DNA of 64,000 nt, taken from a virus (taxonomy: Duplodnaviria; Caudoviricetes). Shown in pieces: positions 12,101 to 21,271 of this stretch (position 1 is the stretch's first letter; the number at the start of each line of letters is the position of its first letter). The stretch lies in the IMG/VR virus record IMGVR_UViG_2639762779_000001, positions 76,320-140,319 of that record; one strand, 5' to 3'. The notes beneath the pieces are model-generated. The model was given only the letters and a program-made list of their open reading frames with translations, was not told the origin of the DNA and did not search any database. The translations under genes and the position numbers were made by a program.

Positions 12101-12458
12101 CAAGCTGCTCACCACCACCGACTGCGTGACCGTGCCGGCAGGCGCCACCAGCGTTGACTCCCCGGAGATCACCGCCGACAAGGAGGGCACCTTCTACTGG
12201 CGTGAGCAGCTGATCCCGGTCAAGCCGGAACAGCCGACCGGCCCGGACTCCGACAAGCCGAACAAGCCGACCACCCCGGTCACCTATGGCAAGCCGCGCG
12301 TGCCGGATGAGACGGTGAGCGTGCATCCGCTTGCCTCCACTGGTGTCGGTGCTGATCTGTTCGCCGGTCTTGGCCTGCTTCTCCTTGGCGCAGGCACGGT
12401 GATGGGCTTGGCTGGAGCCAAGCGTCGTCGCCGCATGATTGGCCGACACAGCGCCTAA
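6123..12458 (+). CDS. 2111-aa sortase-anchored adhesin, putative N-terminal thioester domain and Ig-like stalk repeats
   Basis: AAGGAG RBS; signal peptide; AYCIQ and TQAA motifs; repeated D.A.I.G...YW...H..G...ET domains; LASTG-TM-KRRRR sorting signal. Confidence 0.92.
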   Translation: MGRILNNVNHGPGLLKRLGRIVAASVAAVATLAGGMLVAGTANAATAQGPGYWFNPFNSGLVYAGHHGFALGVQGTRNGRPAYCIQIGVAGIDTNAGTWADATDATSKVAAYMVDKNAGDMSDLTQAAVAYAIHEHLDEHPTWWASVKTHQTGLEGGDWNTVATRAAQLWQDAADNMPANIRASYKYTQGERKGTYDPGIRTSTGAFISGLAYTLKINGPAVFDATGTNTYTGTTTGAAEHIAWTATGNGSVSVTASHKISKAIKQSAPGQDLFAPTDPETTSANITFNVRRDFQPTVSTQVGSKIVPRGARVSDRVTSGIKQGDEWANGVNVTAKGYYYTLDARQANGLAVLKQNGNEKTADYLNRVAKTYGNPAATADATFSGPGQTQAVTAKNADGTDYVNPQDGRIGTWVWAILKNEQTQPDYITADYTDPFGQATESDIHKTGPNHDSTVLEQYTGLNKDIMDTITIGGLPQDYGQFNTNQAYGFGGDVKAKIRVWWAGSGTGDRTQDEKFKPNTQAEPAADANHRLLGEWEVPAGNGTYKVGGGRITFRPANAGKAQTVAEDVNITATDASQTGYYVFVYDFPGSDRASAFKSAYNDPWERSFVEKNPATVDLTSNVSAIEVGQGEEFHDVAHINGKVSRGSYVLFTAYDAVPGRPDTSAAKLLDAVRVDITDEQADASDKSAFDVVSPTVKTDKTGNVYWQAELYNADGEPLATHELGIESETTIVRGVSVTTKVSSEQVYVNQKFHDTAIIDGKVGRGSYVVFDAYGPCDDEYTDGAPKLLDSAKVAIPDGVADKSAWNTSFTIDSPDITSKTAGNVYWQAKVYRKDGLLLAQHDLGIAGETVKVMQPTITTQVTKTTVHPGEEFADKATIEGKVERGSYVTFDAYEPVSGDPDTTAGKLLDSARVDITDEQADRSDKEKITVTSPKTKTDNSGSVYWKATLHAKDGTAIATHDLGLPSETVYVAPGGYLSSQAQVMGATGEPLYDTITVYNESDGHEGNGNSNPSGMIGSIPAGSHVTVEAYRQDGNNTASKSNLIGTHDFPIDISQMRDGRLTFKAQDKAFTMTDPGMVYWVATLKTANGAVLDKGVFGESGDQHGTGVESMERTPVQEYDTTISKKWFSVNSDEYEEKTVSVYDVLKQTSWRQHKGDVATLIGQTADGTKYQFEVWKQGDGDQTSDKLMWHGDSHEMPQSKLAPNDPKSDSVWQQMKSETFTIGKDWGVGAYYVRVLVTNPNVDNTVEGKQNVIKYTAARDEAETFRVFKVTSTSAEKLWTSNQKHVQDILHVEGTMPKGSSLLTEVWSTDDKGNSLKKVAESTKLTLDKDVTNADIKAPVMDNPGKAGSYQFRFRIWSPDNLGGDPDIDPGNVILDDSWKQGDGYANRNLIFDGRNVPSEHFEIVKITTRVAGTANIHSYKGENYVNVTHPTQIGDHADIEGKILDGYKLGFELYKQDTGKDTSKDTLAATIQPTDLHAAQTALDSALTSLDKPGDYYWVWVFQKADGSKFQPDGETQVRSDHRIKDESLHAARITTTTAKWTAKGGETQDVALIEGCVPDDAIANFELHEYETGDIAATTSDKTLKQLGYKTCANGDSKQTIESEKITVPDAKDYYFVESVHFPGEDKDHGFHRGDTKVPYESTRSIDATTETYVEQALGTAVSDRTDLENIKYSKNDGKDIRDDLTGPLTASWEVWKQAAGDDESKDVKLTTLADKDRAVKLESGQTTVDSPEWKPSQTGVYYFRVIIRDENGKTLKYGAAREPSETIHIINAKSATDEVIEEGGRLHDRVTINGPVVEGTMIGWSIYNTGDGAADADTLVEQWNTPQDGAYVITAEDAAKAAKDGKITITSPKAYEKGKAGDRPYFVFSLTGPRRGKDGRPVKPAKDKDGVYTMDHLMTDGLLPIGSEPQVDGDDATPETVPAAFYIDPARTPSETGSVIRITTTASTHNATVGDRIHDTAHITGYVPEGYCVKFEYWQQNDGDVSNDKLLTTTDCVTVPAGATSVDSPEITADKEGTFYWREQLIPVKPEQPTGPDSDKPNKPTTPVTYGKPRVPDETVSVHPLASTGVGADLFAGLGLLLLGAGTVMGLAGAKRRRRMIGRHSA

Positions 12459-12466
12459 CCTCAATG

Positions 12467-12510
12467 GCGTCAGACCCCTTGTATAACCAACGACAAGGGG
12501 TTTGACGCTT
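12467..12510 (+). terminator. stem-loop after adhesin gene
   Basis: GCGTCAGACCCCTTGT/ACAAGGGGTTTGACGC; second hairpin at 12522-12560. Confidence 0.65.
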
Positions 12511-12602
12511 GTCCATGTTCTTGCGGGACGGTTTGTCTCTCCCCATCAAACCGTCCCGCATTCTCATATGAAAAGCTTTTTTTAAGAGAGGGACGAGAAG
12601 CG

Positions 12603-15600
12603 ATGCATCGCAAATTTTTGGCATCATGTCTCGCGTCAGTGTTGACCGTATCCACCTTGCTTGCAGTGACAATGCCGGCTGGCGCGGCCGAAAACCGTCA
12701 AGCCACAACACAAGCGGCATCGACTGTTTCCACCAAGGCCCTAACCGTACAGGTGCCATCAGGAGCGAGCATCACCATCAATGGCAGAGATGTCGGCCTG
12801 AATCCGGCGGACGGATATGATCCGAATCCGAGCGACAACGACATCTCCACGATGAAGGTCATCGGCACCGGTGCCGGTACTACCGAACTCAAGAACCTGC
12901 CGGCCGGCTGGTATGTCAGCACCCAGACATGGAACTGGCAAGGCCGGAACGGTATCCGCTACCACGTATGGAGCGGCAGCACGAACTACAACTGGTTCCT
13001 GTCGGGGGCCACCAACTTCAAGCACTGCGTGTACGAGCTGCGTAGCCTCGACTACTTCCGGTTCGGCGACGAATCGAATCTGCTGACCGGCTACGACTGG
13101 AGCCAAAACCAGACCCTCCACGGGTACATCGAAAACGCGCAACCCGGCTATCATATTGTTGCCGGCTGGTCTGGAGGCGGGCAACCATTGTCCGACCGCT
13201 ACCGTTACCAGTGGACGGCGGATGATGATCCCAGTCTGACCATCACCCACGATTTCATGTACGACAGTGGAGAAGCCCCAGCCGACTGGAGCAAACTCAT
13301 GGCATGGCTGCCGGACGGAAGCCCGGTCACCGGATTCAACCCGAACGGCTCATCCAACAAGATTCCTACAGGCACGAAAAGCGTTACCTGGACTGGTATC
13401 CCAGATGGGTGGAATGTCTCGGACACAAGAGTCAGAACCGATCGAATAGTCACGGATTTTTCCAAAACCGGACAGGCTGATAGAACAGTCATCCTCTTTT
13501 ACTCCGATGATTACGAGCCCACGTACACGGCAGACCAGCTTAAAAAGCTGATTGCCACCACGGATACAGGCGACCCGATAACCGGCTTCGACCCGGTAGA
13601 CGGCGGCACCTTCGCATTGCCCGCCACCGCGACCGGAGTCACCATCGACGGACTGCCCGAAGGCTGGACTCTGGAAGGACCGGATTATGACGGCACCTCC
13701 ATCACCTATCAGGTTTCCAGCCCCGATTCGAAAATCATCCGCCGCTACACGTTCGCCCTGCCTGACCACACGCCCACATTGGACGATCTGGCGGATCTGA
13801 CGCCGACCACCGATGGCGGGAAAACCATCGACGGTTTCGACCCGACCAAATCCGGCACCTACCAGGTACCGGAGGATGCGACCGTCAGCTGGACGGGAAT
13901 TCCCCGCAACGGTTGGACATGGAGCCACGTGAAAGGCACGCTTGCGTGGACGATTGCCAGTGTTGACGGACAATACTCTTTCACCTACACGTTCCTGCCC
14001 ACTCATGACCCGGTTGCGGACGATTTGGTCGGAGTGACCGCGACCACCGATACCGGCGAAGCAGTCGAGGGTTTCGACCCGGTCAACGGCGGCACGTTCC
14101 CAGTGCCGGCTGGCACCAAACAGGTCAGCCTCGGCAACATTCCGGACGGTTGGACGGCGACCCCATTGGATGGGGGCATCGGCTACACTCTGACCGCATC
14201 GAACGGACTGACCGTCACCTACACGTTCGACGTGCAACCGTATACGCAGATGACTGCGGACGAACTCGCCGCACTTGCCAAATACCAGTGGAAGTCAGAT
14301 GATTCGACCGTGCAGGCCACGGCCAACGATACGGATACCCTTGAAGGTCATCCGACGGATTGGACTCTCGTATGGTCCGGTACCGGAACGAACCCTCTGA
14401 CCGAGGATCCGGATGCCGGCTGGTACGACTCGAAAGGCAACAAGGTCGAAGCCTCCAGTCTTGACGCATACGAGTACCGGATGAAAGTCACCGGCCTGAC
14501 CAGTGGGGTCACCGCCACGTTCACGCTTCATACCTCGCTGCGGAACGAGCCGATCATCCACAACGTCAGCTTCGACATGAAGGGCGGTTCGCCACAGGAA
14601 CGCACCAAGCGTGTGATTGACGGCAAGACCGTCGCCCAACCAGCTGACCCGACTCGCGAAGGCTACCGTTTCGCGGGCTGGCTGTTGAACGGCAAACCTT
14701 ATGATTTCTCCACGCCGGTGACTGCGAACATCGTGCTTACCGCTTCTTGGACTGCTATCGGAGAGCATGCGATCATCTTCGATTCGGCTGGCGGCTCGTT
14801 CATTCCAGCTCAGACCGTGGAAGACGGGGAGACCGGCACCCAGCCGGAACCACCGACCCGTGAAGGCTACACGTTCAAGGGGTGGTTGTTGGATGGCCAA
14901 CCGTATGATTTCACCCAGCCGGTCACTGGTGACATCACCCTGACCGCCGACTGGGAGCAGAGCATGCTGTCCGTCACCTTCGACCCAGGTGACGGGGAAC
15001 CGGTCACCAAGGATCTCACTTTGGTTGCGGATTGGATGAAAGCGGAGCATACCGTCACGTTCGACACCGATGGGGGAGCGGAGCTTCCCTCCCAGACGGT
15101 CGCCGATGGTGAAACGGCCACACAGCCTGAGGTACCCGTCCGTGATGGATACGTGTTCCTTGGTTGGCTGCTGAACGGCAAAGCCTACGATTTCAGCACG
15201 CCGGTCACTGGTGATATCACGTTGACCGCCAGCTGGGAGAAGGAAAAGCCCGCCACGCACACCATTCGTTTCGACACTGCGGACGGTACGACCATTCCAG
15301 CGCAGACCGTCACGGACGGTTCCATGGCAACCAAGCCGGCTGACCCGACCCGTAAGGGCTACATGTTCAACGGGTGGACCGTCAACGGTCAACCGTATGA
15401 CTTCTCCACTCCGGTGACGGCCGACCTGACCATCATCGCCAAATGGGTTCCGCTGCCGGTGGAGCACACCGTCCTGTTCGATGCCGGCGACGGTTCCAAG
15501 CCGACTCCCACCACAGTCGAGGATGGGAAGCCGGTGGACAAGCCGAAGGATCCTACCCGCAAGGGCTACACGTTCGACGGTTGGCTGCTCAACGGCAAGG

Positions 15601-17876
15601 CCTACGATTTCACGCAACCGGTGACCGGTGACATCACGTTGACCGGTTCATGGACGCGTCTCACGCATACGGTCACGTTCGACACGAACGGCGGCACTCC
15701 AGTCGCATCGCAATCCGTCGAGGATGGCGGTGTCATCACCAGTCCGAAGGATCCGACCCGCGAAGGATACACGTTCAAGGGATGGCTGCTCAACGGCAAA
15801 TCCTACGACTTCCAGACGCCGGTCACTGGTGATATCACCCTGACCGCGAATTGGGCAAAGGCCAAGCCGGCCAGCCACACGGTCACGTTCGATGCGGCGA
15901 ACGGTTCCAAGCCCGATACTGTCAAGGTTGAGGACGGCAAGACCGTCACCAAGCCGAAGGATCCGACCCGCGAAGGGTACACGTTCCAAGGCTGGACGTC
16001 AGGTGGAAAAACCTATGATTTCGACGCTCCCGTCACCGCGGACATCACGTTGACCGCCCAATGGGAGAAGAACAAGCCGGTAACCCATACGGTGACCATC
16101 GACCCGGCCAACGGCACAACCGCCGACAAGCTTCAGGTCGAGAACGGTCAGACGGTGAGGAAGCCGGCCGACCCGGTCAGGAAAGGCCACACGTTCCAAG
16201 GCTGGTATCAGGGAGACAAACCCTACGATTTCAGCACGCCAGTCACCGGGGACATCACCATCACCGCGCACTGGTCTGAAGACAAGCCAACACCGGTCAC
16301 GCACACCGTCACCATCAACCCCGACAACGGAGAAAAGACGACAACCATCAAAGTGGAAGATGGCAAGACCGTCACCAAGCCGGCCGACCCCGTGCTGGAA
16401 GGCTTCACGTTCACGGGCTGGTATAAGGGCAACAACCCCTACGAATTCAGCACGCCGGTCACCGGTGACTTCACTTTGACCGCGCACTGGCAGCAGTCCA
16501 CGCCGCCGATGACGATCCGTACGGTGACCATCGACCCGGCCAACGGTGAGAAGACAACGGTTCTGAAAGTCGAAGACGGTCAGAAACTCACCAAGCCCAC
16601 CGACCCGAAGAAGAATGGATACACGTTCCTGGCCTGGTACCTGAACGACAAGCCATACGACTTCAACCAGCCGGTCACCGGGGACATCACCATCGTCGCC
16701 CAATGGGAGAAGAACAAGCCCAAGACCCATACCGTGACCTACGATTACGCCTATGACGGTCTCAAGGGCACCGCTGTCGTCACCGACGGCAAGCCCCTTC
16801 CCAAGCCCACCGACCCGAAACGTGCAGGCCACGTGTTCAAGGGTTGGAGGCTCGATGGCAGGACGTATGACTTCAACCAGCCAGTGACCAAGGATCTCAC
16901 CCTGACCGCCGACTGGGAGCTGTCAGTCCCCGATAGGCATACGGTCACATTCGACACGAAGGGCGGTAGCGCCGTCAGTCCGATCACCGTGAAGGATGGA
17001 AACACAATCGCCAAACCTATGACCCCGACCCGCAAGGGCTACGAGTTCAAGGGCTGGCTGCTGAACGGGAAGCCGTACGATTTCACCACTCCGGTCACCT
17101 CGGATATCACGTTGATCGCCGACTGGGAGAAAGCCGGTACGACGAAGCCCTCCTACGGAATCGATGATCTAAAGGATCTCGGGTTCCTCGTAGATGGGAA
17201 GCCGTATAAGCCTTTCGACCCGAACACCCATGAATACAGGTTGGGCGATGGCGAACACACCGTCAAAATCGGCAAGGGTACAATCTCGGCCGATTGGCGA
17301 ATCATGTCCGACACGGTACGGCAGCCGGACGGGACGAACAAGATTGGTTACAGTCTGACCAGTCCGGATGGTTCTTTCACCGTCAGCTACACGTTCGCCT
17401 GGAACGAGAAGGCCCCGGAGTATACGGCCGATGACCTCAAGCATGTGTCAGCCACCATCAACGGGAAACCGGTCAACGGTTTCAACCCCACCCATGACGG
17501 CTCCTACACGGTTCCGGACGGTTCCACCGTCAAGATCGAGGGCCTGCCCTCGGAGTGGAGAATGACCGAAGACCATGATCCGGCACAGCCTAGCATGTGG
17601 CTTCGGTACACGATCACCAGCCCCGACTCCAATGTGAAGGTGTCCTACACGTTCACCTCCGACAAGAAGGGTGAAACTACCAAGCCGGAAACCGGCGATA
17701 CCAACCAAACCGAGCCTGGCAAGGGCGTGGATGGGACGATAGCCAACACAGTGGATAGCCAACTGTCCTCGACCGGTATCGGCATCACTCGACCGCTGAT
17801 ATTGGCCGTGCCGCTGCTACTGGCTGGCATCGTCATCGCGGTCTGGCCTTCGCTCCGCAGGAAGCGGATCCGGTAA
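12603..17876 (+). CDS. 1757-aa sortase-anchored protein with InlB B-repeats (Listeria-Bacteroides/Flg_new)
   Basis: Signal peptide; 12 full TVTFD..GG...PTR.GY.F.GW...YDF..PVT.DITLTA.W repeats plus one internally deleted repeat; second repeat type (GFDP...P.GW); LSSTG-TM-RRKRIR. Confidence 0.93.
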   Translation: MHRKFLASCLASVLTVSTLLAVTMPAGAAENRQATTQAASTVSTKALTVQVPSGASITINGRDVGLNPADGYDPNPSDNDISTMKVIGTGAGTTELKNLPAGWYVSTQTWNWQGRNGIRYHVWSGSTNYNWFLSGATNFKHCVYELRSLDYFRFGDESNLLTGYDWSQNQTLHGYIENAQPGYHIVAGWSGGGQPLSDRYRYQWTADDDPSLTITHDFMYDSGEAPADWSKLMAWLPDGSPVTGFNPNGSSNKIPTGTKSVTWTGIPDGWNVSDTRVRTDRIVTDFSKTGQADRTVILFYSDDYEPTYTADQLKKLIATTDTGDPITGFDPVDGGTFALPATATGVTIDGLPEGWTLEGPDYDGTSITYQVSSPDSKIIRRYTFALPDHTPTLDDLADLTPTTDGGKTIDGFDPTKSGTYQVPEDATVSWTGIPRNGWTWSHVKGTLAWTIASVDGQYSFTYTFLPTHDPVADDLVGVTATTDTGEAVEGFDPVNGGTFPVPAGTKQVSLGNIPDGWTATPLDGGIGYTLTASNGLTVTYTFDVQPYTQMTADELAALAKYQWKSDDSTVQATANDTDTLEGHPTDWTLVWSGTGTNPLTEDPDAGWYDSKGNKVEASSLDAYEYRMKVTGLTSGVTATFTLHTSLRNEPIIHNVSFDMKGGSPQERTKRVIDGKTVAQPADPTREGYRFAGWLLNGKPYDFSTPVTANIVLTASWTAIGEHAIIFDSAGGSFIPAQTVEDGETGTQPEPPTREGYTFKGWLLDGQPYDFTQPVTGDITLTADWEQSMLSVTFDPGDGEPVTKDLTLVADWMKAEHTVTFDTDGGAELPSQTVADGETATQPEVPVRDGYVFLGWLLNGKAYDFSTPVTGDITLTASWEKEKPATHTIRFDTADGTTIPAQTVTDGSMATKPADPTRKGYMFNGWTVNGQPYDFSTPVTADLTIIAKWVPLPVEHTVLFDAGDGSKPTPTTVEDGKPVDKPKDPTRKGYTFDGWLLNGKAYDFTQPVTGDITLTGSWTRLTHTVTFDTNGGTPVASQSVEDGGVITSPKDPTREGYTFKGWLLNGKSYDFQTPVTGDITLTANWAKAKPASHTVTFDAANGSKPDTVKVEDGKTVTKPKDPTREGYTFQGWTSGGKTYDFDAPVTADITLTAQWEKNKPVTHTVTIDPANGTTADKLQVENGQTVRKPADPVRKGHTFQGWYQGDKPYDFSTPVTGDITITAHWSEDKPTPVTHTVTINPDNGEKTTTIKVEDGKTVTKPADPVLEGFTFTGWYKGNNPYEFSTPVTGDFTLTAHWQQSTPPMTIRTVTIDPANGEKTTVLKVEDGQKLTKPTDPKKNGYTFLAWYLNDKPYDFNQPVTGDITIVAQWEKNKPKTHTVTYDYAYDGLKGTAVVTDGKPLPKPTDPKRAGHVFKGWRLDGRTYDFNQPVTKDLTLTADWELSVPDRHTVTFDTKGGSAVSPITVKDGNTIAKPMTPTRKGYEFKGWLLNGKPYDFTTPVTSDITLIADWEKAGTTKPSYGIDDLKDLGFLVDGKPYKPFDPNTHEYRLGDGEHTVKIGKGTISADWRIMSDTVRQPDGTNKIGYSLTSPDGSFTVSYTFAWNEKAPEYTADDLKHVSATINGKPVNGFNPTHDGSYTVPDGSTVKIEGLPSEWRMTEDHDPAQPSMWLRYTITSPDSNVKVSYTFTSDKKGETTKPETGDTNQTEPGKGVDGTIANTVDSQLSSTGIGITRPLILAVPLLLAGIVIAVWPSLRRKRIR

Positions 17877-17890
17877 CTCGGCCTAAGTAG

Positions 17891-17934
17891 GGGAGGGATG
17901 GACGCTCACAGAGGGCTGTCCGTCCCTCCTTTTT
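17891..17934 (+). terminator. Rho-independent terminator
   Basis: GGAGGGATGGAC/GTCCGTCCCTCC followed by TTTTT. Confidence 0.75.
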
Positions 17935-17958
17935 CCTCCTTGAATCAAATAAATATGT

Positions 17959-17997
17959 TATACTGGTGATGCCCACATAAAATAATCAGAAAGGAAC
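17959..17997 (+). promoter_or_regulatory. conserved promoter/operator/RBS module, copy 2 (ssb)
   Basis: TATACTGGTGATGCCCACATAAAATAATCAGAAAGGA. Confidence 0.7.
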
Positions 17998-18000
17998 ACC

Positions 18001-18597
18001 ATGGCTGGAGAACCACCAATCACACTCGTAGGCAACATCACCGCAGATCCCGAACAAAGGGGAGACGTAGCCAGCTTCACCATCGCCCACAACACCCGAC
18101 GACGCGACCGCAACGGGCAGAGCATGGACGGAGATTCCATCTTCATGCGATGCGCCGCATTCGGCGACCTCGCCAACAACATCCTGCAAACCTGCCACAA
18201 GGGCATGCGCGTGGTAGCCACCGGCTACGTGAAAACCAACAGCTGGACTGACAAGAACACCGGCCAACAACGCAGCAGCCTCGAAATGATCGTCACCGAC
18301 CTAGGCCTGAGCCTCCGGTTCGGCGTCGCCCAATTTCAGAAGACCAGCGGACAACAGTCCAACGGCAACGGGTATCAGCAGAACAATTACGGCGGCGGAT
18401 ACCAGCAGCCGAACAATGGCTACCAGCAAGGCGCATACAACAACTACCAGCAGCAGGGGTACAGCCAACAGGCCCTCGCACAGCCGACGGCACCGGCACA
18501 ACCTGCAGCACCCTCACAGCCCGCGATGGATCCGTGGGCTACGACCACGCCAGCCAGTACCGACCCGAACGGTGACGGCACCGACCCGGAATTCTAA
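18001..18597 (+). CDS. ssb: single-stranded DNA-binding protein
   Basis: MAGE..IT.VGN.TADPE OB-fold, KGMRVVATG, Gln/Gly-rich tail ending DPEF. Confidence 0.95.
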   Translation: MAGEPPITLVGNITADPEQRGDVASFTIAHNTRRRDRNGQSMDGDSIFMRCAAFGDLANNILQTCHKGMRVVATGYVKTNSWTDKNTGQQRSSLEMIVTDLGLSLRFGVAQFQKTSGQQSNGNGYQQNNYGGGYQQPNNGYQQGAYNNYQQQGYSQQALAQPTAPAQPAAPSQPAMDPWATTTPASTDPNGDGTDPEF

Positions 18598-18609
18598 ACG
18601 TTTCCGACA

Positions 18610-19847
18610 TTGATCGAACTGGAAGATCTGGGCGACAACCTCCGTCTCTACAACGGAGACTGCCGCCAACTTATCTCATCCCTCCCTGACAGCAGCGTCG
18701 ATTCCGTGGTGACCGACCCGCCGTACGAAATCAACTTCATGAACCGGGGTTTCGATTCGACTGGCATCGCATTCGACGTGAACCTGTGGAAGGATATTCT
18801 CCGCGTGCTGAAACCGGGCGGGCATGTCGCGCATTCGCCGCCAGCCGCACCTACCACCGGCTCGCCTGCGCTATCGAGGATGCGGGCTTCGAAATCCGCG
18901 ACCAGATTGACTGGGTGTACGCGTCCGGCATGCCGCACGGCTCGGATGCGAGCCTGCTCGTGGACAGGGAGCTCGGCGCGAAACGCACCGAAGTCGTGGA
19001 ACATGCGACACGGCACGGAACCGGCTGGTCGAATACGAAGGGGCTTGGCGTATCCACCGCGAACGGCGGCGAGGCAAAATCCGAATGGGACGTGCTCGCG
19101 CCCGCCACCCCGGAAGCCGAACAATGGGCCGGCTGGTACAGCCAGCTGAAACCCGCGCATGAACCCATCTGCCTCGCCAGGAAACCTTTGGACGGGAATC
19201 TCGCCCATAACCTGCTTGAACACGGTGCCGGCGCGTTGCACATCGACGCATGCCGCGTCCCGTTCCGCAACACGGCGGATGAGGCGGAGTCGAAGAACAA
19301 GAACCGGCACGCCGACTTCGGTTCCGGACCACGAGACAATCATGTATACGGAGCGGATAGTGCGAATCGCACCGACTATAAGGCGGATGCCAGGTTCGCG
19401 CCCAACATGCTGTTCGACCAGACCATGGCCGGAGAGCTTGACCGGCAGTCCGGGGTGACGGTCAGCCGGAAGGGCGAACCACGCGCGAGCGCGAGACCGG
19501 GCGCCGGCTGGGGCATGACCAGGACGGGCGCGGAATACGACGATATGGGCGGCGCGAGCCGCTTCTACCCGGTGTTCCGGTACTGTCCGAAGGCCGGGCC
19601 GGGGGAGCGGCCGAAGGTGGACGGCATCCTGCATCCGACGGTCAAGCCGGTCGAACTGATGCGCTGGCTGGTGCGTCTCGTCACGCCGCCGGACGGGCTC
19701 GTGTTGGAGCCCTTCGCCGGTAGCGGCACCACATTGGAAGCCTGTCTGCTCGAACACATGCAATGCACGGCAAGCGAACTCGACCCCGATTACATCAAGC
19801 TGATCCACGCACGACTCAGCAAACCAATACAAAACGAACTGTTCTAG
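18610..19847 (+). pseudogene. N6/N4 DNA methyltransferase (beta class), one frameshift near 18830
   Basis: VTDPPY in the first frame; HPTVKP and LEPFAGSGTT in the second; adding one base restores GGHVAAFAASRTY. Confidence 0.85.
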
Positions 19848-19970
19848 AAAGAAGCAAATATATTCTATTTTAGCCGATAATGTATATTATGTCTGATAGG
19901 AATAATTCTCAATAAGATGGAGGATGTCAACGGCCGAGAAAAAACGGTCGGCTTACAAAAAACAAATCCT

Positions 19971-21008
19971 CTACTTCATCGAGTGAATGCGGTTATCATA
20001 TACGACATTTTCGCAGGAGCGAATCGTGGCAAGTACCGCGCATTTCAGGCGTTCGCCGATGCTCAGCTTGCTGATCAGGGCGCGCATGGTGGCCACGTCA
20101 TCGAGATGGTTCTGCCAGTCGCTGTCATGTAGTTCTTCGGAGCCGAGCGCCTTGAGGCCTTTGCCTTCATCGCGCACGCTGGCGGTCAGGCCGAAGTAGT
20201 TCCGGCACGGGGTGATGCCCTGTTCCAGAGTGAACTGGAAGTTCTCGGCTGCGGAGAGCACGTTATCGTGCCAGAATGCGGCGGTTCGCTTCGAGTGCGT
20301 CACCGAGTCGGGCTCCTGAAGCCAGTAGTAGAGCACGCAATCGATGTCGGCCACTTTGCCCATGCGGGCGTACAGGGGGCCTGCCATACGGATGTCCTGC
20401 GCGTAATGGCCCTCGGGGAACCGCAGGCCGTCCCATAGTCCGCGCTTGTATAGGCGGCACCAGTTCGCCTCGTTGAAGTAGCGGGCCTCGGTGTTGCGGC
20501 CGAGCTTGCTGCCGAGCAGTCGCAGGCTTTTGCAGAACACGGTCTGGTAGGCAGCGAGCGGGTGCTCGAACACAGTGATTTTGCCGGGCGCATGCGCGCC
20601 CGTCTCGGCCTCTTTGGACACCTCGCTCAGCTGGGAGACGCCGAACTGACGCCAGCGTGCCTTGCTCATATCCGCGCCGGTGTTTTGCAACGCGTGCAGC
20701 AGGTATTCGATATTGCGGCGGTCGAGGATGTCGTCGTTGTCGGCAAACGCGATGTACTCGCCATGCGCGGCATCGAGGCCGGTGTTCTGGGCCTTGGCGA
20801 TGCCGCCGTTTTCCTGATGGATCACGGTGACGCGGCTGTCCTGCGCCGCATACTCATCGCAGATGGCCGGGCTGGAATCCTTGGCCCCATCGTCCACCAG
20901 AATCACCTCGAGGTTTGTATACGACTGCTGCAGAATGGAGTCCACGCAGTAGCGCAGGTAGTCTTCGGCGTTGTACACCGGCACGATCACGGAAACGAGT
21001 GGCTGCAT
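19971..21008 (-). CDS. glycosyltransferase family 2
   Basis: VSVIVPVYNAE.YL..CVDSIL.QSY.NLEVILVDDG; F.DNDD motif. Confidence 0.93.
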   Translation of the reverse strand: MQPLVSVIVPVYNAEDYLRYCVDSILQQSYTNLEVILVDDGAKDSSPAICDEYAAQDSRVTVIHQENGGIAKAQNTGLDAAHGEYIAFADNDDILDRRNIEYLLHALQNTGADMSKARWRQFGVSQLSEVSKEAETGAHAPGKITVFEHPLAAYQTVFCKSLRLLGSKLGRNTEARYFNEANWCRLYKRGLWDGLRFPEGHYAQDIRMAGPLYARMGKVADIDCVLYYWLQEPDSVTHSKRTAAFWHDNVLSAAENFQFTLEQGITPCRNYFGLTASVRDEGKGLKALGSEELHDSDWQNHLDDVATMRALISKLSIGERLKCAVLATIRSCENVVYDNRIHSMK

Positions 21009-21111
21009 GTGTATCAATGTCCCAGAACAAGGGGACAACCCCCGTATGACATGGTTGCGATCAAAGTCGAAAAAGCAAGGAAAAACACCGGCTTCCCGTC
21101 AGAGCATCGAC

Positions 21112-21155
21112 CATAATTAAATGTGTCCACATAAGAATCGAAAAAAAAAGGAAAA
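21112..21155 (+). promoter_or_regulatory. conserved promoter/operator/RBS module, copy 3
   Basis: CATAATTAAATGTGTCCACATAAGAATCGAAAAAAAAAGGAAAA. Confidence 0.6.
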
Positions 21156-21163
21156 CAGGGAAA

Positions 21164-21271
21164 ATGCCCAGCCTCGTTTTTGCCTACATGCTAGGCGTGC
21201 TTCTGATGACGATCGGCTCCTACATCATCAGAGCCCAGCAGCCGCGCCCCCGGAATGGGAGGAACGCGTGA
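21164..21271 (+). CDS. 35-aa single-TM peptide (not in ORF track)
   Basis: MPSLVFAYMLGVLLMTIGSYIIRAQQPRPRNGRNA*; stop overlaps next GTG (GTGA). Confidence 0.55.
   Translation: MPSLVFAYMLGVLLMTIGSYIIRAQQPRPRNGRNA

Noticed and set aside
5922-12464. 2180-aa minus-strand ORF
   Set aside because: Antisense shadow of the adhesin, produced by high GC3 codon bias; no RBS or recognisable motifs
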